From Bilabrum cf. latius (lineage: Eukaryota), in the NCBI GenBank assembly GCA_965178125.1, contig OZ237735.1, positions 2,480,001 to 2,544,000 of the forward strand: 64,000 nucleotides of DNA, given 5' to 3'. Position numbers and translations under genes: made by a program. Every line of letters begins with the position of its first letter. Within the stretch, counting starts at the first letter, position 1. Below are positions 13,360 to 26,904 of this stretch, piece by piece. Below the pieces are notes generated by a model. That model did not search any database. It saw nothing but the letters and a program-made list of their open reading frames with translations, and was not told the origin of the DNA.

Positions 13360-14675
13360 ATGGACGAGCTGCTTTGGCTGTCACAATCATACGAAGAGTA
13401 CTTGCGAACGATACGATCCTTCCGCAAACCTGACTAGCCTGAGAAGGATGACGCGGCGCTGATGAAGTGGGTCTTACCATTGGATCATTGTGCATAAGCG
13501 TTTGGTCCTTGATCTCACTATGCCCTCCTGCACGTCTTGAGCCAGGCAGCACGTCTCTCGCAGGAGTTGGGCACGCATCGAGCGTGATTTCTTGGCGGCT
13601 CTCCGAGATGGGGACGACATGCTTGCACTGAAGCTATTTGAATAGAACGCGGATATGCTCGGGCGCTACAGGTGGCCACACGTATACGGCGAGGGGTTCG
13701 ATTCTGTAAGAAGCACCATAGAGTATCTGCCTGTGCGCCGTGATGATTGCTAGCCCCAAGAACATGAAACATCTCAAGGTGAGACTTGGATCCTTTTCAT
13801 CTCATTGGTGCCATGCAGCTGGGTGGACTGACGGAGGCCCTGACGCATTTCGATCGGCCGAAGGTGCTCGAAAAGTTGGTGCTGCACCCGAGCGGTTGCT
13901 TGAGTGTGAGCACAACCGCATACAGTTTGAGCGCGTTCATGTTGCTGGATACTGTATACTTAATTTCGCGTTTCAAGGCTTGCTCTCACAGTGCCTGGGC
14001 TGGTTTGTATACATAGCGGTGCGCCGGCAAGCGTTGGGATGCCTGGAAGCGATGGCTCGGCTTGGTGCCCTCAGCATTCGATGGGAGCCCATCACAAAGG
14101 ATGATGTCGAATGGCTCTGGTACAACAAGAAATCCAGAGCGGTCGTGCTGCAAGCCGCCGGGGAGGCAGGCAAGTTGAAGGATGCTGCTTCCATGGCACT
14201 GATGCTGCGGTGGGGCACGAGAGCATTCGAGGCCGGGCTTGCTAGCTCGACGGGTGTGACGTGGCTGGACGTGGCGTACCGCCGGGTGTTTGGCTCGTAC
14301 ACACCCATGGAGAAAGCTCTGAAGATGTGCGAGCGCGGCGCGAGACCCAGGGAGGTGCTAGCGCGGCTGTTCGATCTGGTGCCCGCGGAGGAGCTGGCCC
14401 GTGTGGCGCACGTGGACCCTCGGCGGGGGGACCGTCTGGTGCGCTGGCGGCGTGCATATGAAGCTCGGCGGGACGCTGGTCTGGTGTTTCAGGCAGCGAG
14501 CGAGGGTCGTCCATTGGAGCTGGGGAAGCGATTGCGTCTTGGGTCGTTGGCAGGAGGGGCGTGGGCGCGAGGTGTGTTGAATGGCGTGCAGATGGACGCG
14601 CTTGAGGCAGCGAGGATGGGCGGTCATGGTGAGTGCGTGGATGTGCTGGTGCAGGCTCGGGGCAGTAAGGGCTGA
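13360..14675 (+). CDS. Array gene A copy 3 (variant exon 4 start CLGWFVYIAVRRQALG)
   Basis: Same exon structure; GAG where copy 1 has TAG (CER, REV). Confidence 0.65.
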
Positions 14676-14770
14676 GTAGACTGGTAAGCTGCAGCAAGCT
14701 AGTTGGTTCAGTCCAGTGGCACTTCAGCACTAGACAGCTTTTCAGCATCACATCCCGTGCATCAAGCCCG

Positions 14771-16364
14771 TCACTGAGGCTGGGACCGTCGGATCAAGAG
14801 CAGGGGGTGCAGGAAAGAGCCGGGCCCAGCCCACGTCATCATGCGGATATCCTGTCCTGTGTCGGAGGAATCGGGTTGGATCTTCACTGGTACCATGCTG
14901 ATGTCGCGGGCTGCATCATTGCCCATCTGCAGCACCACACCCAGCTCGGCCAGCCGCATCGCGATCTCAGCCACATCCACAAGGCTCTCGATGCGGCGGC
15001 GGCGTGGTCTATCGATATCGTCGTCGATTTGCTCCATCACAGCCTCGGCCACCCATTCGGCGTACTTTTTGTTCAGCTGCTGACGAGTCACGATGGCACT
15101 GATGACCAGCTGCTGCCTGAACTGCATGACCTTTGTCATGATGCGCTGGAAGGCAGCTGGATCCAGCAGCACATCCCACTCATCAGCGGCTCCGCCTACG
15201 TCGAGCACAGCAGCCTTGTACAGACGGTCTAGCTCTGCGGGCGTGGTGGTATCCTTGACGGTGATCTGTGGGATGTATACTTCGTTGAGTCCGGCCCTGG
15301 AGCCGAGCTGGATCAGGCCGAACGCCTGCAGGTTGAGATGAGCCATGTGCTCTGTGGTGACTGAGGCGTGGGAGAAGAAGCGGGGCTCGAGGGGGGCAGC
15401 ACCGGCCGCACCGGATGCATCGCCGGCGACTGGGACATGCCCTTGCGGCTGCGAACCGGACTGCTACACGGCGCCATGCACCACAGCCCGTTGGCCACGC
15501 TGCCTTGATATGCCCGAGCCGGCCATGGGGGCCTGGCCAGACATGAGCATGCCGGCCGCACCAGCTCGCTGCACGTCGCCGCGACGCACTGCCACTGCTC
15601 CCCGTAGCCCAGAGGGGGTCGAACCAGACGCCCCGCCGGTGGCTGGACCAGCATCGGTGCCAGCTGCGGATGAGGCAGATCCCTCAGGCTGTGGCGCTAA
15701 GGGTGCCTCGGGAAACCGGCTCAAGAACTCATCGATCACCACCCTGTGGTCCTTGCCGCTGCGCGCAAAGACGTCAGCTGCCGCCAGCAAGTGCACGCGT
15801 CCCGACTGGGCCAGCTTGTCTGCGTCCAGCCAGGGCGGCGTGGGTTGGTGCGTGCGTTGCCGCATCCTGCTCGAGATGACGAGCGGACTGAGGGCATTGT
15901 CATCGACTTGGACCACGCGCACCATCGACTCGGCATCATGAGCGTCGAGTGATCGGGGTGTCGCCTTGAAGCCTTCGCGAGGCATGGCCGCTGGTGGCGC
16001 GTGCATGTTGAGCTGGTAGGACACCTCCGATTGCTCCCCGCTTGCCATGTGGAGCTGCACACCCTTGGCTGCACCGGCGCTGCCTCCGCTCTGGGCAGGT
16101 GGCTGTTGGTTGCGCCAGATGTCCTGAATAGAGGTGTAGGCCTTGCACAGGATGTCAGCTTTCCTGATGTTGACTTGCTGCACGAATGTCGTGGGGCACG
16201 CAATCTCACATGGGTCGTCGGGCGTGCCACAGAGTTGAGATGCCCTGCTCGGTGCGTCCGCCGGAGCGCAAGGCCCGCTGTCTGATCCTGCTGCAGGGCC
16301 GGATCCGGACGATCCTTCGTGTGGATCGAATGAGTCCTCGCGCGAGATCGGCCGGGACTCGAGC
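14771..16364 (-). pseudogene. Array gene B copy 3, 5'-truncated at the shared breakpoint
   Basis: As copy 2; C-terminal variant GND...PDSSDTGQDIR. Confidence 0.55.
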
Positions 16365-16598
16365 ACGGCACAGACAGACACCCTCAGGGGCCCTGAGTGA
16401 AGGGCAATCCAGCAGTAGTGTGTACATGCAGTGCACTGCTGGCAAGGCGGAGCGGGCCAGCAGCCGGTGCAATTTTACGATCTGCTAGGGCGCAAGAGGC
16501 TCGCAGATATCTCAGTTTGCTGCAAGCTAGTATAATACACAGGCCTGTAGTTGGCTGCGAAAAGTCATGGACGAGCTGCTTTGGCTGTCACAATCATA

Positions 16599-17003
16599 AA
16601 CCTTAAGTTGCGGAACATGTCAGGGCTGCGGGAAGCGAGAGTGGTGCAGGGAGCGGGTCCAGCAGGAGCTGGGGCCCCCGAGGCGGCGCAAGCGGCAGCA
16701 CAAGCGGAGGTAGTGCAGGCAGCGAACCCGGCAGGAGTGCTACTAGCTGAAGGGGTTGGAGGCGCTGAGGACGAGGTACATGGCCTTGACCCTGACCATG
16801 CCGGTCTTATACATCCCCCAGCACCTGCGGTGGGAGCTCCAGATGTGCAGAACCTCCACGGAGAAGCAGCACAGCTGGCAGCCCCCATGGCTTGAGCTGG
16901 TCAGTGAGATGTTCCTCCCGGTCGAAGTAGCCTTCGGGTGACTTCTTAGCCTGGGTAGCGTGTAGTTTGAATGACATAAATTTATCGTCTCTCTCGTTCG
17001 TTA
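16599..17003 (+). mobile_element. 405-bp foreign insertion with a 92-aa Ala/Gly-rich ORF (16617-16895), flanked by a ~132-bp duplication of the gene A 5' region
   Basis: Unique to this unit. Interrupts a gene A start (ATG 16567); the gene A upstream sequence restarts at 17004. Confidence 0.4.
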
Positions 17004-17104
17004 GTGCAACTATACGATCTACAGGGGGCGCAAGAGGCTCGCAGATATCTCAGTTTGCTGCAAGCTAGTATCATACACAGGCCTGTAGATCGCTGCGAAA
17101 AGTC

Positions 17105-18418
17105 ATGGACGAGCTGCTTTGGCTATCACAATCATACGAAGAGTACTTGCGAACGATACGATCCTTCCGCAACCCTGACCAGCCTGAGAAGGATGACGCG
17201 GCGCTGATGAAGTGGGTCTTACCATTGGATCGTTGTGCATAAGCGTTTGGTCCTTGATCTCACTATGCCCTCCTGCACGTCTTGAGCCAGGCAGCACGTC
17301 TCTCGCAGGAGTTGGGCACGCATTGAGCGTGATTTCTTGGCGGCTCTGCGAGATGGGGACGACATGCTTGCACTGAAGCTATTTGAATAGAACGCGGATA
17401 GGCTCGGGCGCTACGAGTGGCCACATGTATACGGCGAGGGGTTCGATTCTGTAAGAAGCACCATAGTATCTGCCTGTGCGCCGTGATGATTGCTAGCCCC
17501 AAGAATAGTAAGCATTTCAAGCTGAGACTTGGATCCTTTTCATCTCATTGGTGCCATGCAGCTGGGTGGACTGACAGAGGCCCTGACGCATTTCGATCGG
17601 CCGAAGGTGCTCGAGTAGTTGGTGTTGCACCCGAGCGGTTGCTTGAGTGTGAGCACAACCGCATACAGTTTGAGCGCGTTCATGTTGCTGGATACTGTAT
17701 ACTTAATTTCGCGTTTCAAGGCTTGCTCTCACAGTGCCTGGGCTGGATTGTATACATAGCGGTGCGCCGGCAAGCGTTGGGATGCCTGGAAGCGATGGCT
17801 CGGCTTGGTGTCCTCAGCATTCGATGGGAGCCCATCACAAAGGATGATGTCGAATGGCTCTGGTATAACAAGAAATCCAGAGCGGTCGTGCTGCAAGCCG
17901 CCGGGGAGGCAGGCAAGTTGAAGGATGCTGCTTCCATGGCACTGATGCTGCGGTGGGGCACGAGAGCATTCGAGGCCGGGCTTGCTAGCTCGACGGGTGT
18001 GACGTGGCTGGACGTGGCGTACCGCCGGGTGTTTGGCTCGTACACACCCATGGAGAAAGCTCTGAAGATGTGCGAGCGCGGCGCGAGACCCAGGGAGGTG
18101 CTAGCGCGGCTGTTCGATCTGGTGCCCGCGGAGGAGCTGGCCCGTGTGGCGCACGTGGACCCTCGGCGGGGGGACCGTCTGGTGCGCTGGCGGCGTGCAT
18201 ATGAAGCTCGGCGGGACGCTGGTCTGGTGTTTCAGGCAGCGAGCGAGGGTCGTCCATTGGAGCTGGGGAAGCGATTGCGTCTTGGGTCGTTGGCAGGAGG
18301 GGCGTGGGCGCGAGGTGTGTTGAATGGCGTGCAGATGGACGCGCTTGAGGCAGCGAGGATGGGCGGTCATGGTGAGTGCGTGGATGTGCTGGTGCAGGCT
18401 CGGGGCAGTAAGGGCTGA
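17105..18418 (+). CDS. Array gene A copy 4
   Basis: Same exon structure; exon 4 variant like copy 3. Confidence 0.65.
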
Positions 18419-18513
18419 GTAGACTGGTAAGCTGCAGCAAGCTAGTTGGTTCAGTCCAGTGGCACTTCAGCACTAGACAGCTTTTCAGCATCACATCCCG
18501 TGCATCAAGCCCG

Positions 18514-21009
18514 TCACTGAGGCTGGGACCGTCGGATCAAGAGCAGAGGGTGCAGGAAAGAGCCGGGCCCAGCCCACGTCATCATTTGGACATCCTGTCC
18601 TGTGTCGGAGGAATCAGGTTGGATCTTCACTGGTACCATGCTGATGTCGCGGGCTGCATCATTGCCCATCTGCAGCACCACACCCAGCTCGGCCAGCCGC
18701 ATCGCGATCTCAGCCACATCCACAAGGCTCTCGATGCGGCGGCGGCGAAGCCTATCGATATCGTCGCCGATTTGCTCCTTCACAGCCTCGGCCACCCATT
18801 CGGCGTACTTTTTGTTCAGCTGCTGACGAGTCATGATGGCACTGATGTCCAGCTGCTGCCTGAACTGCATGACCTTTGTCATGATGCGCTGGAAGGCAGC
18901 TGGATCCAGCAGCACATCCCATTCATCAGCAGCTCCGCCAACGTCGAGCACAGCAGCCTTGTACAGAATGGCTAGCTCTGCGGGCGTGGTGCTATCCTTG
19001 ACGGTGATCTGTGGGATGTATACTTCCTTGAGTCCGGCCCTGGAGCCGAGCTGGATCAGGCCGAACGCCTGCAGGTTGAGATGAGCCATGTGCTCTGTGG
19101 TGACTGAGGCGTGGGAGAAGAAGCGGGGCTCGAGGGGGGCAGCACCGGCCGCACCGGATGCATCGCCGGCGAGTGGGACATGCCCTTGCGGCTGCGAACC
19201 GGACTGCTACACGGCGCCATGCACCACAGCCCGTTGGCCACGCTGCCTTGATATGCCCGAGCCGGCCATGGGGGCCTGGCCAGACATGAGCATGCCGGCC
19301 GCACCAGCTCGCTGCACGTCGCCACGACGCACTGCCACTGCTCCCCGTAGCCCAGAGGTGGACGAACCAGACGCCCCGCCGGTGGCTGGACCAGCATCGG
19401 TGCCAGCTGCGGATGAGGCAGATCCCTCAGGCTGTGGCGCTAAGGGTGCCTCGGGAAACCGGCTCAAGAACTCATCGATCACCACCCTGTGGTCCTTGCC
19501 GCTGCGCGCAAAGACGTCAGCTGCCGCCAGCAAGTGCACGCGTCCCGACTGGGCCAGCTTGTCTGCGTCCAGCCAGGGCGGCGTGGGTTGGTGCGTGCGT
19601 TGCCGCATCCTGCTCGAGATGACGAGCGGACTGAGGGCATTGTCATCGACTTGGACCACGCGCACCATCGACTCGGCATCATGAGCGTCGAGTGATCGGG
19701 GTGTCGCCTTGAAGCCTTCGCGAGGCATGGCCGCTGGTGGCGCGTGCATGTTGAGCTGGTAGGACACCTCCGATTGCTCCCCGCTTGCCATGTGGAGCTG
19801 CACACCCTTGGCTGCACCGGCGCTGCCTCCGCTCTGGGCAGGTGGCTGTTGGTTGCGCCAGATGTCCTGAATAGAGGTGTAGGCCTTGCACAGGATGTCA
19901 GCTTTCCTGGTGTTGACTTGCTGCACGAATGTCGTGGGGCACGCAATCTCACATGGGTCGTCGAGCGTGCCACAGAGTTGGGATGCCCTGCTCGGTGCGT
20001 CCGCCGGAGCGCTAGGCCCGCTGTCTGATCCTGCTGCAGGGCCGGATCCGGGCGATCCTTCGTGTGAATCGAATGAGTCCTCGCGCGAGATCGGCCGGGA
20101 CTCGAGCGCGGCCCCCTCAGCGTCCCCCTCGCCATGCATCTCTGAATTACCGTCGCTTGCGGAGTCGCTTATACCAAGCAGGTGGTGCATTATGAGGCTC
20201 TCGTCGAGTATGGCCTGTTGCCCCGCTGAGCCTGGTTTTCCAAGGTGCCCGGTGGGCATGCCATTATCGTGCAGGTCAGCTGTGGCGGGCGCTTGCATGG
20301 GTTGGTGCTCCGTACCCTGCGATGTAGTCTACGGAGCCCTGATGGTATCAAAATCGCCGTGTATGTCCATCCTAGTTACACCAATGTCCCGACCTCCTCC
20401 ACGATGCATGTCCCTGTCGAGTGGTTCCATCTAGCTAGGCTACGAACCCGATCCGATCAATTGCGCTTCGAGCCGAACACCCCGATCGGCCAGGTGGCTT
20501 ACCAAGCTGGGAACTGTATGGTGTTCCTCAAAGACAAAGTGCTGCTCTGTAGCGCCGCGGCCTCTTACAATCCAACCAAGCTTTGCTGCAAGGTCCGGAC
20601 TGATCGATACGGTGTTCACGTCTGTTTTGCCCACCTTCACAGCTTCGATTCCGACAGTAAGTTGTGGATCAGGAAACTTGATGGAAACTATACCACCCCA
20701 GACGTATACTTCCAGGCTCTGGAAGTTGGCTTCAGGCTTGTTGGGATCGGTAGAAGTTGCAGCTTCGCCGGGGGAGGGTGGTTTCTCGCCACGCGCGCGC
20801 TTGCGATTCGCTTTGCCCTCGAGATTCCGTATCGGTCTCTAGGATAGATCACGGGACATTGCTTTCTCTCTGAATCGCATGGCCGGAAGGGTAATTGCCT
20901 TGCTATCACCATGATTTGCGCTGGTGTTCGATGCAGCGTGGCCCCTTGCTTCACGCTGCGACAGCGCAATCGCTCCTATAGCCCCTAGTAGAATGAATGA
21001 TACCACCAT
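18514..21009 (-). CDS. Array gene B copy 4, full length (~830 aa orphan; start uncertain: ATG 21009, 20880, 20859 or 21240)
   Basis: ORFs 20839-21240, 20440-20640, 19207-20298 and 18514-19089 form one frame broken only by TAG; ends TGA. Confidence 0.7.
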
Positions 21010-22325
21010 GGCGCAAGAAGTGATGAAGCGGCAAGATTGGCTCCAAAATGCGGCGTTGGATATCTTTCTGAGATTTTGGAAACTGCTCACAAACCGGAAC
21101 CGGGAACCTCCGTGAAACCCTCGAGCGATGCATGTATCCGGGACAGAAGCCCACAAAGCATCAAGAGCCTCGGGCTTAGGAACCGAGCCCAGTTGTAAGG
21201 ATGCACGGTCTGCGGGCTTCAAGATTTTCGGGCGGGCCATCTCGAGAGACCATTCGGTTTACCACGTTCGCCGACTTGCCCGCACGGGAACTTGCAAGCC
21301 GGATGCGATACATGCGGCTGCTTCTTGGAGCCGACAAAGTCCCCACGACTAGTCCAGCAGAAACGGAGGGCGGGGACAGCGTCAGGCTGCCTCCAGTCCG
21401 GCCTGTTGCCATGTGTCCAATGCCATCGGTACCCCATTCTCGGGTGCCACGCAACGAGGTTGGGCTTGGTAGCTCTTGCATGTGATCTCCGCGCCAGCCT
21501 TGGGCTTTGGGCCAGCGATCACTGCCGGAGATCACCCCTTGCCCTCGGTGCTTGCTTCGGGAGCCAGCACCAGGCCTGTGGACGTATGCCAGCGCTGGTC
21601 CTTTTTGCTTTTGCTACGGGCACCCCGTCGCTGTGAAGCCGGCGTGTGATTGCTATTACATTCTGCACTATAAGAGTCTGGTAAAAGCGCTTCATCAAGC
21701 AAGTAGCGTTACCCACGCGTACCACCCGTAAATGTGCATCAAGGGCTCCGTGATATCCATTCGTCCTCCCTTCGTCTTCCACTCGCAGCCGCTGCGGCCC
21801 GGGCAACGGTTCCAACTTGGCACGCGCCGGATATCAGCCACCTGCCTCCACTCTGGGCAGGTGGCTATGGCTCGCGCCAGATGTCCTGAATAGAGGTGTA
21901 GGCCTTGCACAGGATGTCAGCTTTCCTGATGTTGACTTGCTGCACGAATGTCGTGGGGCACGCAATCTTGGGTCGTCGGGCGTGCCACAGAGTTGGGATG
22001 CCCTGCTCGGTGCGTCCGCCGGAGCGCAAGGCCCGCTGTCTGATCCTGCTGCAGGGCCGGATCGGGACGATCCTTCGTGTGGATCGAATGAGTCCTCGCG
22101 CGAGATCGGCCGGGACCCGAGCACGGCACAGACAGACACCCTCAGGGGCCCTGAGTGAAGGGCACTCCAGCAGTAGTGTGTACATGCAGTGCACTGCTGG
22201 CAAGGCGGAGCGGGCCAGCAGCCGGTGCAATTTTACGATCTACAGGGGGCGCAAGAGGCTCGCAGATATCTCAGTTTGCTGCAAGCTAGTATCATACACA
22301 GGCCTGTAGTTGGCTGCGAAAAGTC

Positions 22326-23637
22326 ATGGACGAGCTGCTTTGGCTATCACAATCATACGAAGAGTACTTGCGAACGATACGATCCTTCCGCAAACCTGAC
22401 TAGCCTGAGAAGGATGACGCGGCGCTGATGAAGTGGGTCTTACCATTGGATCGTTGTGCATAAGCGTTTGGTCCTTGATCTCACCATGTTTCTCCTGCAC
22501 GTCTTGAGCCAGGCAGCACGTCTCTCGCAGGAGTTGGGCACGCATCGAGCGTGATTTCTTGGCGGCTCTGCGAGATGGGGACGACAGGCTTGCGCTGAAG
22601 CTATTTGAATAGAACGCGGATAGGCTCGGGCGCTACAGGTGGCCACATGTATACGGCGAGGGGTTCGATTCTGTAAGAAGCACCATACGAGCCGCAGTAT
22701 CTGCCTGTGCGCCGTGATTGCTAGCCCCATGCATCTCAAGGTGAGACTTGGATCCTTTTCATCTCATTGGTGCCATGCAGCTGGGTGGACTGACGTAGGC
22801 CCTGACGCATTTCGATCGGCCGAAGGTGCTTGAAAAGTTGGTGTTGCACCCGAGCGGTTGCTTGAGCGTGAGCACAGCCGAATGTGGCATGAATGCGTTC
22901 AAGCTTTTGAGTATTACATCCTTGCATTATGTCGTTAGATCTAGCCTTCACAGTGCTTGAACTGGATCGTGCATTACTGTGTTTTTGACAAGGCTCTGAA
23001 ATGCTTGGAAGCGATGGCTCGGCTTGGTGTCCTCAGCATTCGATGGGAGCCCATCACAAAGGATGATGTCGAATGGCTCAGGTACAACGAGAAATCCAGA
23101 GCGGTCGTGCTTCCGGGTGTTGGGGAGGCAGGCAAGCGCAAGGATGCTGCTTCCATGGCACTGATGTTGCGGTGGGGCACGAGAGCATTCGAGGCCGGGC
23201 TTGCTAGCTCGACGGGTGTGACGTGGCTGGACGTGGCGTACCGCCGGGTGTTTGGCTCGTACACACCCATGGAGAAAGCTCTGAAGATGTGCGAGCGCGG
23301 CGCGAGACCCAGGTAGGTGCTAGCGCGGCTGTTCGATCTGGTGCCCGCGGAGGAGCTGGCCCGTGTGGCGCACGTGGACCCTCGGCGGGGGGACCGTCTG
23401 GTGCGCTGGCGGCGTGCATATGAAGCTCGGCGGGACGCTGGTCTGGTGTTTCAGGCAGCGAGCGAGGGTCGTCCATTGGAGCTGGGGAAGCGATTGCGTC
23501 TTGGGTCGTTGGCAGGAGGGGCGTGGGCGCGAGGTGTGTTGAATGGCGTGCAGATGGACGCGCTTGAGGCAGCGAGGATGGGCGGTCATGGTGAGTGCGT
23601 GGATGTGCTGGTGCAGGCTCGGGGCAGTAAGGGCTGA
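22326..23637 (+). CDS. Array gene A copy 5
   Basis: Same exon structure; variant WLRYNEKSRAVVLPGVGEAGKRK. Confidence 0.65.
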
Positions 23638-23732
23638 GTAGACTGGTAAGCTGCAGCAAGCTAGTTGGTTCAGTCCAGTGGCACTTCAGCACTAGACAGC
23701 TTTTCAGCATCACATCCCGTGCATCAAGCACG

Positions 23733-25330
23733 TCACTGAGGCTGGGACCGTCGGATCAAGAGCAGGGGGTGCAGGAAAGAGCCGGGCCCAGCCCACGTCA
23801 TCATTTGGACCGGATTCTCAAGTCGGAGTGAATCGGGTTGGATCTCCACTGGTACCATGCTGATGTCGCGGGCTGCATACTTGCCCATCTGCAGCACCAC
23901 ACCCAGCTCGGCCAGCCGCATCGCGATCTCAGCCACATCCACAAGGCTCTCGATGCGGCGGCGGCGTGGTCTATCGATATCGTCGCCGATTTGCTCCATC
24001 ACAGCCTCGGCCACCCATTCCGCGTACTTTTTGTTCAGCTGCTGACGAGTCATGATGGCACTGATGTCCAGCTGCTGCCTGAACTGCATGACCTTTGTCA
24101 TGATGCGCTGGAAGGCAGCTGGATCCAGCAGCACATCCCACTCATCAGCAGCTCCGCCTACGTCGAGCACAGCAGCCTTGTACAGAATGGCTAGCTCTGC
24201 GGGCGTGGTGGTATCCTTGACGGTGATCTGTGGGATGTATACTTCGTTGAGTCCGGCCCTGGAGCCGAGCTGGATCAGGCCGAACGCCTGCAGGTTGAGA
24301 TGAGCCATGTGCTCTGTGGTGACTGAGGCGTGGGAGAAGAAGCGGGGCTCGAGGGGGACAGCACTGCTCGCGCCGGATGCATCGCCGGCGAGTGGGACAT
24401 GCCCTTGCGGCTGCGAACCGGACTGCTACACGGCGCCATGCACCACAGCCCGTTGGCCACGCTGCCTTGATATGCCCGAGCCGGCCATGGGGGCCTGGCC
24501 AGACATGAGCATGCCGGCCGCACCAGCTCGCTGCACGTCGCCACGACGCACTGCCACTGCTCCCCGTAGCCCAGAGGTGGACGAACCAGACGCCCCGCCG
24601 GTGGCTGGACCAGCATCGGTGCCAGCTGCGGATGAGGCAGATCCCTCAGGCTGTGGCGCTAAGGGTGCCTCGGGAAACCGGCTCAAGAACTCATCGATCA
24701 CCACCCTGTGGTCCTTGCCGCTGCGCGCAAAGACGTCAGCTGCCGCCAGCAAGTGCACGCGTCCCGACTGGGCCAGCTTGTCTGCGTCCAGCCAGGGCGG
24801 CGTGGGTTGGTGCGTGCGTTGCCGCATCCTGCTCGAGATGACGAGCGGACTGAGGGCATTGTCATCGACTTGGACCACGCGCACCATCGACTCGGCATCA
24901 TGAGCGTCGAGTGATCGGGGTGTCGCCTTGAAGCCTTCGCGAGGCATGGCCGCTGGTGGCGCGTGCATGTTGAGCTGGTAGGACACCTCCGATTGCTCCC
25001 CGCTTGCCATGTGGAGCTGTGCACCCTTGGCTGCACCGGCGCTGCCTCCGCTCTGGGCAGGTGGCTGTTGGTTGCGCCAGATGTCCTGAATAGAGGTGTA
25101 GGCCTTGCACAGGATGTCAGCTTTCCTGATGTTGACTTGCTGCACGAATGTCGTGGGGCACGCAATCTCACACGGGTCGTCGGGCGTACCACAGAGTTGA
25201 GATGCCCTGCTCGGTGCGTCCGCCGGAGCGCAAGGCCCGCTGTCTGATCCTGCTGCAGGGCCGGATCGGGACGATCCTTCGTGTGGATCGAATGAGTCCT
25301 CGCGCGAGATCGGCCGGGACCCGAGCGCGG
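23733..25330 (-). pseudogene. Array gene B copy 5, 5'-truncated at the shared breakpoint
   Basis: As copies 2 and 3. Confidence 0.55.
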
Positions 25331-25528
25331 CACAGACAGACACCCTCAGGGGCCCTGAGTGAAGGGCACTCCAGCAGTAGTGTGTACATGCAGTGCACTG
25401 CTGGCAAGGCGGAGCGGGCCAGCAGCCGGTGCAACTATACGATCTGCTAGGGCGCAAGAGGCTCGCAGATATCTCAGTTTGCTGCAAGCTAGTATAATAC
25501 ACAGGCCTGTAGTTGGCTGCGAAAAGTC

Positions 25529-26808
25529 ATGGACGAGCTGCTTTGGCTATCACAATCATACGAAGAGTACTTGCGAACGATACGATCCTTCCGCAAACCT
25601 GACTAGCCTGAGAAGGATGACGCGGCGCTGATGAAGTGGGTCTTACCATTGGATCATTGTGCATAAGCGTTTGGTCCTTGATCTCACCATGTTTCTCCTG
25701 CACGTCTTGAGCCAGGCAGCACGTCTCTCGCAGGAGTTGGGCACGCATCGAGCGTGATTTCTTGGCGGCTCTGCGAGATGGGGACGAGACGCTTGCGCTG
25801 AAGCTATTTGAATAGAACGCGGATAGGCTCGGGCGCTACAGGTGGCCACATGTATACGGCGAGGGGTTCGATTCTGTAAGAAGCACCCTTCGAGCCGCAG
25901 TATCTGCCTGTGCGCCGTGATTGCTAGCCCCATGCATCTCAAGGTGAGACTTGGATCCTTTTCATCTCACTGGTGCCATGCAGCTGGGTGGACTGACAGA
26001 GGCCCTGACGCATTTCGATCGGCCGAAGGTGCTTGAAAAGTTGGTGTTGCACCCGAGCGGTTGCTTGAGCGTGAGCACAGCCGAATATGGCATGAATGCG
26101 TTCAAGCTTTTGAGTATTACATCCTTGCATTATGTCGTAAGATCTAGCCTTCACAGTGCTTGAACTGGATCGTGCATTACTGTGTTTTTGACAAGGCTCC
26201 GAAATGCTTGGAAGCGATGGCTCGGCTTGGTGTCCTCAGCATTCGATGGGAGCCCATTACAAAGGATGATGTCGAATGGCTCATGTACAACGAGAAATCC
26301 AGAGCGGTCGTGCTTCCGGGTGTTGGGGAGGCAGGCAAGCGCAAGGATGCTGCTTCCATGGCACTGATGCTGCGGTGGGGCACGAGAGCATTCGAGGCCG
26401 GGCTTGCTAGCTCGACGGGTGTGACGTGGCTGGACGTGGCGTACCGCCGGGTGTTTGGCTCGTACACACCCATGGAGAAAGCTCTGAAGATGTGCGAGCG
26501 CGGCGCGAGACCCAGGTAGGTGCTAGCGCGGCTGTTCGATCTGGTGCCCGCGGAGGAGCTGGCCCGTGTGGCGCACGTGGACCCTCGGCGGGGGGACCGT
26601 CTGGTGCGCTGGCGGCGTGCATATGAAGCTCGGCGGGACGCTGGTCTGGTGTTTCAGGCAGCGAGCGAGGGTCGTCCATTGGAGCTGGGGAAGCGATTGC
26701 GTCTTGGGTCGTTGGCAGGAGGAGATGGACGCGCTTGAGGCAGCGAGGATGGGCGGTCATGGTGAGTGCGTGGATGTGCTGGTGCAGGCTCGGGGCAGTA
26801 CGGGCTGA
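25529..26808 (+). pseudogene. Array gene A copy 6, frameshifted by a 32-nt deletion near 26723
   Basis: GCAGGAGG^AGATGGAC versus the intact copies; premature TGA at 26736-26738 removes the last ankyrin-like repeat. Confidence 0.7.
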
Positions 26809-26904
26809 GTAGACTGGTAAGCTGCAGCAAGCTAGTTGGTTCAGTCCAGTGGCACTTCAGCACTAGGACAGCTTTTCAGCATCACATCCCGTGCATCATG
26901 CACG

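Noticed and set aside
13740-14675. Track ORFs 13740-14675 and 17417-18418 as intronless genes
   Set aside because: Their 5' parts read through introns 2-3 in the wrong frame, and inter-copy indels there break that frame in other copies.
20245-20847. 200-aa + strand ORF (also at 28636 and 33939)
   Set aside because: It is the exact antisense shadow of the long gene B frame.
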